Source: an uncultured Clostridia bacterium
GTDB taxonomy: Bacteria > Bacillota > Clostridia > Christensenellales > CAG-138
DNA length: 64,000 bases
Assembly: GCA_946411635.1 (NCBI GenBank)
Contig: CAMKES010000001.1
Coordinates: 73,810-137,809, forward strand
Direction: 5' to 3'
Part shown: piece by piece, positions 8,512-17,774 of the stretch
How the letters are laid out: each line of letters starts with the position of its first letter
Numbering within the stretch: the stretch's first letter is position 1
Notes under the pieces: generated by a model
What the model was told of the DNA's origin: nothing
The model's input: only the letters and a program-made list of their open reading frames with translations
The model's database searches: none
Position numbers and translations under genes: made by a program

Positions 8512-11500
8512 TCAGTCTTCGACGGGAAGCGAAGCGATCAGCTTGACGACGTAGCGGAGGACCAATGCCGCGTCTTCCGCGTCGACCTTCAGATCGCAGT
8601 TCACGTCGGCGTTGAGCGCGCCCTGTGCGGAGAGTTCCGCAAGACCGACGACGGAGCGGAGGATCATTGCCGCGTCAGCCGCAGTGACCTTGCCGTCGCA
8701 GTTCGCATCGCCCCAAACGATCACGGGGAACGTGATGCTGCCGTCCACGGTTTCGGCTTCGAGCTCATAGACCGAGCCGCCGTAGAGGACGGACGCCGCA
8801 CTGACGGTATTCAGTGCGTTCGTGGTGAACGCGATGTCGACCGTCTTGCCGTTCGCATCCGCAGAGGCTTCGAAGTAGATCGACAGGACGACGTCGCCGT
8901 TCTTGATCGTGATTTCCTCATCATCCGCCCACACCGCCATGATCTTGCCGGTCTTCTCGCCGACGGTCCAGTCGATGAGACCTTCCGCCTTCGCAAAGGT
9001 CAGCAGATTCGCGTCGAATGCGAGGAAGATCTGCGCGCTGTTGATCATCAGACCGCCTTCGGGTGCGTCGGCGACCTTGATGTCGTAGCGATACAGCTTC
9101 TTGCCGTCTTCAATGACCGTGACGTCGGCTGCGAGCACGTCTTCACCGACGAACGAGAACGTCTTGGGCGCCGAGAAGGTGATGCTGCCGTCTTCGGTGT
9201 TGATCGGATCCGCTTCGACGACGGTGCCGTCGCTTACGTAGGAGAAGCCGGTCTTTGCGCCGTTCGCGCCTTCTGCGAAGACGATGTCGATCTTGGTGCC
9301 GTCCGCAACGGGCTTAATGAGCTCGAAGTAGATGGACACGACAACCGTTTCGTCATCGAGCTTCACGCCGTCGCCGTTGGACGCCCACGCGAAGGAGATG
9401 AGGCCGTTGTCTTCGTTGATGCCGGTGCTGCCTTCGAGCACGGACTTGGCTTCGACGAACTTCAGAGCGGTGTTGTCAAACTGCAGATATGCCTGCAGAC
9501 CGACCACTTCGAGTCTCGGGTTGACGTCCTTGACCTTGACGTCGTAACGATAGATGGTCTTGCCGTCCTCGGTGTATTCCGCAACGTCGTTCGCTTCAAC
9601 GTCCTCGCCGTAGAAGACCGGGGTGGGTCTCTCGGTGACGATCTTGATGCGGCCTTCGCCCTTCGGATCGACGTAGCCGGTGACGACGTGCTTGCCGTCT
9701 TCTTCAGGCATCGACTGGATGTAGTCGATCAGGACCTGGTTGTCGAGCTTGCCGGAATCCTCAAGGATCGTGATGTTCGAACCGAACATCGCGAAGCCGT
9801 CGCCCATATCCTTCAGCATGTAGTTGTGGGATGCGAGCGTGTACTTCTTCTCAAGATCGAGCGGTTCGTATTCGCCGGTCGTCTTGTTCAGGACCTTCAC
9901 GTTCTTGACGCGATACTCGTCAAGACCCGCCGTGCCCTGCCACATCTTGTCGGAACCGACAACGCAGTTCGGATCGAGGTAGGTGTGGATCTCATAGGTC
10001 AGACCCGCGACCTGCAGGAAGCCGCCGTTCTCGCTCGGGCAGACGCGCGCGCCCATTTCGAGTGCGTCGAGGATCTGCTGACCCGTGACCTCCGCGAGCA
10101 CCGCGGTGTTGCCGAACGGATGGACGTTGATGATCTGCTGGAAGGTGATGTCGCCCGTCGGGATGTTCGCACGGACGCCGCCGCCGTTGACAAACGCGAT
10201 GTCAGCGTCGAACATGTAGCGGTACGCGTCGGCGCACAGGTCGCCGAGGTTGGTTTCCGCGTTGCGGACCGCACGTGCGCCGGTATCCGGATCGTTGACC
10301 GTCAGGTCATGATCGGTGTACGCAACGACGGAGTTGAGCAGCGCTTCGAACTCTGCTTCGATCGCCGAGATGACCGCGTCGACTTCCGGATCGTCCTTGA
10401 CCTTCTCGGAAGCAGGCAGCAGTTCGAGGCTCATCGTGCCGTCCGCCTTGATCGTCAGCTTGCCGACGTTCGCGAGCTTCGTGCCGGTCTGGCCGTGGAG
10501 AACGTCCTTGTTGTCCTTATCCTTGACCGTCGTGTTGATGACGGAATGGCTGTGACCGTCGATGAACGCGTCGACGCCGGTGACGTTCGCGATGACTTCG
10601 GGAGCGGTCCACGGCTGAGACTGTTCGTCGATGCCCATGTGGCCGACGATGATGACGTAATCCGCGCCTTCGGCCTTCGCCGCGTCGATCGCAGCCTGCG
10701 CCGCGGTGTAGACGCCTGCGCCGGTGGTATCCTGGCAGAAGCCGTAGATGTATTCGCCCGCATCGTTCATGAAGTAGGTCGGGGTGGACTTGGTGATCGA
10801 TTCGGGGGTGGAGAGACCGACGAACGCGATCTTCTTGCCGTTCGCTTCGATGATCTTATACGCGTCGAGCTTCGCCTCGTTCGTTTCGAGATCCATGAAG
10901 TTCGCGGAGAGATACGGATAGTTCGCCTTTTCGATCAGCGTGAACAGCTGGTCCATGCCGTAGTCGAACTCGTGGTTGCCGAGGGTCGCGAGGTCGTAAC
11001 CGACGGCGTTCATGATGTCGATGATCGCATCGCCCTTGGTGAGCGAGCCGATCGGGCCGCCCTGGATGTGGTCGCCCGCGTCAACGAGGATGACTTCGTT
11101 GCCGTGCTTTTCGAGCGTCTTCTTGAGGTCTGCAACGCCTGCGTAGCCCCAGCCGTCACGGATGCCGCAGTGCACGTCATTCGTGAACAGAACGATCGTG
11201 TCGCCGGTGGGTTCCGCTTCGGTGACGATCTTGATGCGGCCTTCGCCCTTCGGATCGGTGTAGCCGGTGACGACGTGCTTGCCGTCCGCTTCGGGCATCG
11301 ACTGGATGTAGTCGATCAGGACCTGGTTGTCGAGCTTGCCGGAATCCTCAAGGATCGTGATGTTCGAACCGAACATCGCGAAGCCGTCGCCCATATCCTT
11401 CAGCATGTAGTTGTGGGATGCGAGCGTGTACTTCTTCGCAAGATCGAGCGGCTCGTATTCGCCGGTCGTCTTGTTCAGGATCTTAACGTTCTTGACACGG

Positions 11501-13893
11501 TATTCACCGCCGACCACTGCCGGACCCTGCCAGACCTTCGAGTCGTCGATCACGACGTTCGCGTCGAGGTAGGTGTGGATCTCATAGGTCAGACCCGCAA
11601 CCTGCAGGAAGCCGCCGTTCTCGCTCGGGCAGACGCGCGCGCCCATTTCGAGTGCGTCGAGGATCTGCTGACCCGTGACCTCCGCGAGCACCGCGGTGTT
11701 GCCGAACGGATGGACGTTGATGATCTGCTGGAACGTGATGTCGCCTTCCGCGATATCTGCACGGACGCCGCCGCCGTTGACGAACGCAACGTCCGCGTCA
11801 AACATATAGCGGTATGCGTCGGCGCACAGGTCGCCCAGGTTGGTTTCCGCGCTGCGGACCGCACGCGCGCCGGTATCCGGATTCTTGATGGTGAGAACGT
11901 GATCCGTGTATGCAACGACGCTGTTGAGCAGCTCGTTGAATTCCGCCTCGATCGCCGCGATGACGGCATCGACTTCCGGATCGTCCTTGACCTTCTCGGA
12001 GGCGGGGAGGATCTCGATGGTCATCGTGCCGTCCGCCTTGATCGTCAGCTTGCCGACGTTCGCGAGCTTCGTGCCGGTCTGGCCGTGGAGAACGTCCTTG
12101 TTGTCCTTATCCTTGACCGTCGTGTTGATGACGGAATGGCTGTGACCGTCGATGAACGCGTCGACGCCGGTGACGTTCGCGATGACTTCGGGAGCGGTCC
12201 ACGGCTGAGACTGTTCGTCGATGCCCATGTGGCCGACGATGATGACGTAGTCCGCACCCGCTGCCTTTGCCGCGTCGATCGCGTTCTGTGCCGCGGTGTA
12301 GACGCCTGCGCCGGTATCATCCTGGCAGAAGCCGTAGATGTACTCGGTGCGTTCTTCATTCATGAAGTACGCGGGGGTGGACTTGGTGATCGATTCGGGA
12401 GTGGAAAGACCGACGAACGCGATCTTCTTGCCGTTTGCTTCGATGATCTTGTACGCATCGAATACCGGGGTGTTCGTGGTGAGATCCATGAAGTTCGCGG
12501 AAACGTACGGATAGTTCGCACGGACCGCGAGGACGTCGAGGAACTGGGTCATGCCGTAGTCGAACTCATGGTTGCCGGGGATCGCGAGATCGTAACCGAC
12601 GGCGTTCATGATGTCGATGATCGCGGTGCCCTGCGTGAGCGAGCCGATCGGGCCGCCCTGGCTGTGGTCGCCCGCGTCAACGAGGATGACTTCGTTGCCT
12701 TCCGCTTCGAGCGTCTTCTTCAGGTCTGCAACGCCTGCGTAGCCCCAGCCGTCGCGGATACCGCAGTGCACGTCGTTCGTGAACAGAACGATCGTATCGC
12801 CGGTGGTGGGCGTCGGGGGAACTTCATCCGTTACTTTGAAGAAACGGAACGTGAACAGCGCCGGAGTCGTATCGATGCCCTGGTTATATGCGCTGAAGTT
12901 GCTGCTTCTTGTGTACCATTCGATGTAGTAACCTTCGCGACCGACGTTTCCGATTTTATAACCTTCACCGAAGGTTTCGATCGTCCAGTCCTTGTTTGTG
13001 CTGTCATACGGCATGCTGGTGTAGGAATCACCCATGGAGAGGAACTTGCCGTTCTGAGAGAAACGGTAGTAGCCATCTTCTGTAACAGTGACGTCCCAAA
13101 TGATGTTATCGGTAACATCGGTAAGCTTGTCATCAGCAGGCGTCATTGCAACACCGGCATTGTAGTAACCGCTGGTTTCGCAGCCGTCCATTGCCATGTT
13201 GTATTGCGTATTGTGAATAACAATCTTGTCGCCGTCTGCCGGAAGCGACGTCATAAGAACTGCCGTCTTGCCTTCAGGCTCGGGTGTGGGCGTCGGATCG
13301 GATGTGGGTGTCGGTTCGACGGTACCGCCGGCATTCTTTTTATACAGATTGGGCAGCAGATACGTAGAAGCACCACTATTGACAGTAGTGGTCTTATAGT
13401 ATCTGAAACGCTCCCCGTTGGACCCGGAAGTGCTATTATACACGAACTGCGTGGTGGGAGTTGTCCCGGAACCGTCATCATAACCGATGACAAAAGTGTC
13501 GGTGTTGAGCGCAATAGTGATCGTATTAACAGCTTCCGCGGTATCTAAATCGAGGCCATTTTTATTATTTGTACCGTGCATGTACTTGGACTGGCTCGTT
13601 TTTAAAGTATAACCACCGTCTACCACTGTGATAACGATCTCGCTGGAAGCAAAATCACCGCTAATCACGCCATCGGTAATGGTTGCATCCGTGTAATTAT
13701 GGTAATCGCCGGAAGCACCATTAAAGACGTGATTGCCCTGCACAATCAGATAGGATCCGTCCGTAACGTCGCTCATCTTGGTGACCTTGGTGTAGGTTAC
13801 CGTATCTTCAGCGACGGCAGGGCTGAGCTTGACCGCGGGGAGCAGCACAAGCATCATCAGAACTGCCAGGACCAGAGAAATGGTTTTTCTCAT
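8512..13893 (-). CDS. Secreted multidomain protein: N-terminal beta-rich domains, 2x 5'-nucleotidase (metallophosphoesterase + C-terminal domain), 2x cohesin-like, C-terminal dockerin
   Basis: Signal peptide. Two sets of TNDVH/DAGD/GNHEFD/DGHSH plus ETNLGD/NGGGVR/PFGN motifs. Two ~145-aa domains with cohesin hallmarks (YDVKV, LQFD..L.F, FAWA, SIYFE, DGSITF). Duplicated Ca-binding dockerin repeat GDANCDGKVTAADA...ADVNCDLKVDAEDA. Confidence 0.88.
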   Translation of the reverse strand: MRKTISLVLAVLMMLVLLPAVKLSPAVAEDTVTYTKVTKMSDVTDGSYLIVQGNHVFNGASGDYHNYTDATITDGVISGDFASSEIVITVVDGGYTLKTSQSKYMHGTNNKNGLDLDTAEAVNTITIALNTDTFVIGYDDGSGTTPTTQFVYNSTSGSNGERFRYYKTTTVNSGASTYLLPNLYKKNAGGTVEPTPTSDPTPTPEPEGKTAVLMTSLPADGDKIVIHNTQYNMAMDGCETSGYYNAGVAMTPADDKLTDVTDNIIWDVTVTEDGYYRFSQNGKFLSMGDSYTSMPYDSTNKDWTIETFGEGYKIGNVGREGYYIEWYTRSSNFSAYNQGIDTTPALFTFRFFKVTDEVPPTPTTGDTIVLFTNDVHCGIRDGWGYAGVADLKKTLEAEGNEVILVDAGDHSQGGPIGSLTQGTAIIDIMNAVGYDLAIPGNHEFDYGMTQFLDVLAVRANYPYVSANFMDLTTNTPVFDAYKIIEANGKKIAFVGLSTPESITKSTPAYFMNEERTEYIYGFCQDDTGAGVYTAAQNAIDAAKAAGADYVIIVGHMGIDEQSQPWTAPEVIANVTGVDAFIDGHSHSVINTTVKDKDNKDVLHGQTGTKLANVGKLTIKADGTMTIEILPASEKVKDDPEVDAVIAAIEAEFNELLNSVVAYTDHVLTIKNPDTGARAVRSAETNLGDLCADAYRYMFDADVAFVNGGGVRADIAEGDITFQQIINVHPFGNTAVLAEVTGQQILDALEMGARVCPSENGGFLQVAGLTYEIHTYLDANVVIDDSKVWQGPAVVGGEYRVKNVKILNKTTGEYEPLDLAKKYTLASHNYMLKDMGDGFAMFGSNITILEDSGKLDNQVLIDYIQSMPEADGKHVVTGYTDPKGEGRIKIVTEAEPTGDTIVLFTNDVHCGIRDGWGYAGVADLKKTLEKHGNEVILVDAGDHIQGGPIGSLTKGDAIIDIMNAVGYDLATLGNHEFDYGMDQLFTLIEKANYPYLSANFMDLETNEAKLDAYKIIEANGKKIAFVGLSTPESITKSTPTYFMNDAGEYIYGFCQDTTGAGVYTAAQAAIDAAKAEGADYVIIVGHMGIDEQSQPWTAPEVIANVTGVDAFIDGHSHSVINTTVKDKDNKDVLHGQTGTKLANVGKLTIKADGTMSLELLPASEKVKDDPEVDAVISAIEAEFEALLNSVVAYTDHDLTVNDPDTGARAVRNAETNLGDLCADAYRYMFDADIAFVNGGGVRANIPTGDITFQQIINVHPFGNTAVLAEVTGQQILDALEMGARVCPSENGGFLQVAGLTYEIHTYLDPNCVVGSDKMWQGTAGLDEYRVKNVKVLNKTTGEYEPLDLEKKYTLASHNYMLKDMGDGFAMFGSNITILEDSGKLDNQVLIDYIQSMPEEDGKHVVTGYVDPKGEGRIKIVTERPTPVFYGEDVEANDVAEYTEDGKTIYRYDVKVKDVNPRLEVVGLQAYLQFDNTALKFVEAKSVLEGSTGINEDNGLISFAWASNGDGVKLDDETVVVSIYFELIKPVADGTKIDIVFAEGANGAKTGFSYVSDGTVVEADPINTEDGSITFSAPKTFSFVGEDVLAADVTVIEDGKKLYRYDIKVADAPEGGLMINSAQIFLAFDANLLTFAKAEGLIDWTVGEKTGKIMAVWADDEEITIKNGDVVLSIYFEASADANGKTVDIAFTTNALNTVSAASVLYGGSVYELEAETVDGSITFPVIVWGDANCDGKVTAADAAMILRSVVGLAELSAQGALNADVNCDLKVDAEDAALVLRYVVKLIASLPVED
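9630..12805. repeat. ~1.59-kb intragenic tandem duplication (5'-nucleotidase module)
   Basis: CGGTGACGATCTTGATGCGGCCTTCGCCCTTCGGATCG occurs at 9633 and 11220. Long identical stretches recur about 1590 bp apart. Confidence 0.93.
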
Positions 13894-13975
13894 GTTTCGT
13901 TTCTTCCTCCTTACTTATTTGAACTTCATCCGAATATATATCGAACGATATATACCCAAAGTTCTATACGCAATC

Positions 13976-14004
13976 ATTATAAAGGAAACGATGTCAAATA
14001 GCAA
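13976..14004 (-). promoter_or_regulatory. Putative sigma-A promoter of the nucleotidase-cohesin-dockerin gene
   Basis: TTGCTA-17 nt-TATAAT on the minus strand. Confidence 0.55.
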
Positions 14005-14125
14005 GACTTTCGTGAAAGAAATGTGAAGAAAAAATGAACCGCGCGTGTACGCGGAACAACGAAAAAACGGCGTGCGGTTTACGAAAAAAGATCCCCCGAA
14101 AACAGAGGGATCTTTCGCTGTTTTT

Positions 14126-15784
14126 TCAGAAGAGACCGCTGATATTGCCGGTTTCGTCGACGTCGATCTGCTCGGCGGCGGGGGCCTTCGGCAGTCCCGG
14201 CATGGTCATGATCGAGCCGGTCTGCGCAATGACGAAGCCCGCGCCCGCCGCGACGCGCAGTTTTCGCACCGTGATGCGGAAGCCCGCGGGCACGCCGCGC
14301 TTCTTGGGATCGTCGGAAAAACTGTACTGCGTCTTCGCAACGCACACCGGGAGTTTTCCGAAGCCGAGCGCTTTCAGCCGGTTCAGTTCCGCGTGCGCGT
14401 TCTCGGTGAAGACCACGCCGTCCGCGTGATAAACGCGCCGCGCGATCGACGTGAGGTTTTCTTCGATCGTGGAATCCGGCGAGTAGCAGAAGCGGAACCG
14501 GTTTTTGCGTTCGCACAGCGCGATCACCTGTTCGGCGAGCGCGACGCCGCCTTCGCCGCCCTTTGCCCAGACCTCGGAGATCACGGTCTCGAGCCCGTGC
14601 GAGGCGCAGAGCTCGTGCAGCAGCGAAAGCTCCGCTTCGGTGTCGGACGGGAAGCGGTTGATCGCGACGACGCAGGGGAGACCGAACACGTTCCGGAGAT
14701 TGTCCGCGTGCCGCAGAAGGTTCGGGAATCCCGCGATCAGCGCGGCGATGTTTTCCGCCGTGAGCGCGTCCTTTTCCACGCCGCCGTGGTACTTCAGCGC
14801 GCGCACCGTCGCGACGAGTACGACGGCCGACGGACGCAGTCCGGCCATGCGGCATTTGATGTCGAAAAACTTCTCCGCGCCGAGGTCCGCGCCGAAGCCG
14901 GCCTCCGTCACGGTATAGTCGGAAAGTTTCAGGGCAAGCTTCGTCGCGATCACGCTGTTGCAGCCGTGCGCGATGTTTGCGAACGGTCCGCCGTGGATCA
15001 GCACCGGCGTATGCTCGAGCGTCTGAACGAGGTTCGGGCGGATCGCGTCCTTCAGAAGCGCCGCCATCGCGCCGTGCGCCTTCAGATCCTTTGCGGTGAT
15101 CGGGCGGTCGTCCGCCGTATAGCCGACGATCACGCGTCCGAGCCGCTCCTTGAGATCCTTCAGATCGGACGCGAGGCAGAGGATCGCCATGACCTCGCTC
15201 GCGACCGTGATGTCGAACCCGTCTGCGCGCGGCACGCCGTTCGCCTTGCCGCCGAGTCCCACGGTGACGCTTCTGAGCGCCCGGTCGTTCATGTCCACGC
15301 AGCGTTTCCAGACGATCTTATCAAGCGCGAATCCGAGCTCGTTGCCCTGGTGGATATGATTGTCGATCATGGCGGCAAGCAGATTGTTCGCCGCGCCGAT
15401 CGCATGGAAATCGCCGGTAAAGTGCAGGTTGATGTCCTCCATCGGCACGACCTGCGAATAGCCGCCGCCCGCCGCGCCGCCCTTGATGCCGAATACGGGA
15501 CCGAGGCTCGGTTCCCGCAGCGCCGCGACGGCGCGTTTGCCGAGCAGATGCAGCGCGTCCGCAAGTCCGATCGTCGTGGTCGTCTTGCCCTCGCCGGCGG
15601 GCGTCGGGGTGATCGCCGTCACGAGGATCAGCTTGCCGTCCCCGCCTTCGATGCCCTTCGGATCGATCTTCGCTTTATACTTGCCGTACGGCTCGACGGC
15701 GTCCGCGGGAATGCCGGCGGAAGCCGCGATCTCGGTGATGGGAAGCAGCGTCGCCCGCTGCGCGATCTCGATATCGGTGAACAT
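14126..15784 (-). CDS. fhs: Formate--tetrahydrofolate ligase
   Basis: [51 protein letters not shown] and MTMPGL motifs. Confidence 0.97.
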   Translation of the reverse strand: MFTDIEIAQRATLLPITEIAASAGIPADAVEPYGKYKAKIDPKGIEGGDGKLILVTAITPTPAGEGKTTTTIGLADALHLLGKRAVAALREPSLGPVFGIKGGAAGGGYSQVVPMEDINLHFTGDFHAIGAANNLLAAMIDNHIHQGNELGFALDKIVWKRCVDMNDRALRSVTVGLGGKANGVPRADGFDITVASEVMAILCLASDLKDLKERLGRVIVGYTADDRPITAKDLKAHGAMAALLKDAIRPNLVQTLEHTPVLIHGGPFANIAHGCNSVIATKLALKLSDYTVTEAGFGADLGAEKFFDIKCRMAGLRPSAVVLVATVRALKYHGGVEKDALTAENIAALIAGFPNLLRHADNLRNVFGLPCVVAINRFPSDTEAELSLLHELCASHGLETVISEVWAKGGEGGVALAEQVIALCERKNRFRFCYSPDSTIEENLTSIARRVYHADGVVFTENAHAELNRLKALGFGKLPVCVAKTQYSFSDDPKKRGVPAGFRITVRKLRVAAGAGFVIAQTGSIMTMPGLPKAPAAEQIDVDETGNISGLF

Positions 15785-15941
15785 AAAACCCTCCTTCAGG
15801 TCCGAGCAGAATCATAGCAGAAACCGCCGCGTCTGTAAAGAGCAAAACCGTCGAAAAAAGGGTGGAAATCGCGCGGCGCGTATGGTATACTGTATACGGA
15901 CGGATTTGTGCCGTTCAAGAACCGATCGAAAGGATCCCACC

Positions 15942-17045
15942 ATGAAAAGCATCAAAAAAATCGTTCTGACGGGCGGTCCCGCGGGCGGCAAAACGACGCT
16001 GACCTCGCGTCTCGTCAAGGAGCTTTCCAGCATCGGCTATCGCGTGTTCATCGTGCCCGAGGCGGCGACCGAGCTCATCTCGCAGTTCGGCATCAAGCCG
16101 TTCGGCAACTGCCTTTCCATGTTCGAGTTTCAGCATTTCGTCGTGTCCTCGCAGCTGCATAAGGAAAAGATCGCGACGGAGGCGGCCGAGCTCGTTCCGG
16201 AGGAAAAGGTGCTGATCATCTGCGACCGCGGCGTGATCGACAACAAGGCGTATGTTTCGCAGAAGGAATTCACGCAGGTCATCGCGCGCTTCGGCCTGAC
16301 CGAAAAGGAACTGCTGGAATCCTACGATGCGGTCATCCATCTCGTGTCCTCGTCGAAGGGCGCGGAGTTCGCGTATAACTACGACAACGCCGCGCGGTAC
16401 GAAACGCTCGAGCAGGCGAGGGAGAAGGAGGACGCGACGCTGATGTGCTGGCGCAATCACAAGCACCGCGTCGTGATCGGCAACTCGTACAATTTCGAGA
16501 ACAAGATCCGCAAGGCGATGAACGAGGTCTACACGATCCTCGGCGAGATCCCGCCCGCTCAGCTGGAGCGCAAGTTCCTCGTCGAGTACGTCGACGAGAA
16601 CGACCTTGCCGCGTACGATCCGGTCGAGCAGAACATCACGCAGACCTACCTCAAGGAGCGCGCGAAGGGCACGGAGCGCCGCACGCGCAAGGTGGTCTCG
16701 AACAATGCGATCTCGTATTTTTACAGCGAAAAACGCCCGATCTCGCCGATCGAGCGCATCGAAAACGAGCGGTTGCTTTCCGAGAAGGAATACATCCGCA
16801 AGAACGCCGAGGTCGACCCGGAATTCGGCTCCGTTACGAAGCGCCGCTTCTGCTTCGTTTACAACGGCCGCTACTGCACGGTCGACACGTATCCGACCAA
16901 CGCGAACTGCGCGATCCTCGACGTTCAGCTCAACGACAAGGACGAGCAGGTCGACCTGCCGCCGGAGATCCGCGTGATCAAGGAGGTCACGGGCGACGTG
17001 AATTATCAGGGACACATGATCTCAAAGAGCCTCGCGCAGCTTTGA
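15942..17045 (+). CDS. P-loop kinase (AAA_28/NadR-like)-CYTH fusion protein
   Basis: N-terminal LTGGPAGGKTT, VPEAAT, ICDRG. C-terminal CYTH-like LERKFLV...ITQTYL...EVTGD. Confidence 0.8.
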   Translation: MKSIKKIVLTGGPAGGKTTLTSRLVKELSSIGYRVFIVPEAATELISQFGIKPFGNCLSMFEFQHFVVSSQLHKEKIATEAAELVPEEKVLIICDRGVIDNKAYVSQKEFTQVIARFGLTEKELLESYDAVIHLVSSSKGAEFAYNYDNAARYETLEQAREKEDATLMCWRNHKHRVVIGNSYNFENKIRKAMNEVYTILGEIPPAQLERKFLVEYVDENDLAAYDPVEQNITQTYLKERAKGTERRTRKVVSNNAISYFYSEKRPISPIERIENERLLSEKEYIRKNAEVDPEFGSVTKRRFCFVYNGRYCTVDTYPTNANCAILDVQLNDKDEQVDLPPEIRVIKEVTGDVNYQGHMISKSLAQL

Positions 17046-17127
17046 GCAAAAGAAAGCAGGACCCGCTTCGGCGGGTCTTTTTTCGTACAAAAAAACGAGG
17101 CGCATGCGCGCCCCGTCTGCGGGTTCG

Positions 17128-17676
17128 TTATTGCTGATCCGGCTTGACGGATTCCGCGGCCTGCTGGACGGCGTTCTGCGCGCCGTTCTGGACGGCCTCC
17201 TGCTGCTTCTGCAGAGCCAGCTCCGCTTCGCGCTGCGCGGCTTCCGCGCGCGCCTTTGCTCTCGCTTCCTGCTTTTCGGCTTCGAGACGCGCTTTTTCCG
17301 CCTTCTCAAGACCGAACAGACGCGCGTTGATCGCGTTCAGCTCTTCCACGTAGTCGGGCGCGCCGAGCGTGATCGCCTTCTTGGCCTTCTTCGTGAGGGA
17401 CTTGACGTACAGACCCATCACGACGCCGCCCGCGATCAGGATCGCGGCGGGAATGAGGTTGATGATCCAGCGGCTGTCCGCACCGCCCGTGATGCAGGCG
17501 ATCAGGTAGGTGATCAGCGCAAGCGCGGCGGCACAGACGATCAGGATCCAGTAATCCTTGGTGATCTTGTCGAGCTTCGCGTAGGTCTCGACCTGGGTGC
17601 GCGTCGTTTCCGGCATGGCTTTCAGGAAGCCTTTTTTACGTTCTTTGGTTTGCAGAATTTGATCTTTCAGTTCCAT
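17128..17676 (-). CDS. Hypothetical membrane protein (2 TM plus coiled-coil tail)
   Basis: GGGAGG RBS, two hydrophobic helices, Ala/Gln/Glu-rich C-terminus. Confidence 0.7.
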   Translation of the reverse strand: MELKDQILQTKERKKGFLKAMPETTRTQVETYAKLDKITKDYWILIVCAAALALITYLIACITGGADSRWIINLIPAAILIAGGVVMGLYVKSLTKKAKKAITLGAPDYVEELNAINARLFGLEKAEKARLEAEKQEARAKARAEAAQREAELALQKQQEAVQNGAQNAVQQAAESVKPDQQ

Positions 17677-17774
17677 GGAAACTCCTCCCTGATTTCATAT
17701 ATTCTTTTCAATACCTATTATAGCGGGTATTTCCGCAAATGTCAAAGCGTTTGCGGCGCCGTTCGCGCTTTTTT

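Noticed and set aside
8509-13548. 1679-aa plus-strand ORF
   Set aside because: Antisense shadow of the nucleotidase gene. It has no motifs and is explained by GC-rich codon bias.
15785-15941. Possible ZTP or THF riboswitch upstream of fhs
   Set aside because: No recognisable consensus; the short region is occupied by divergent promoter-like sequence.
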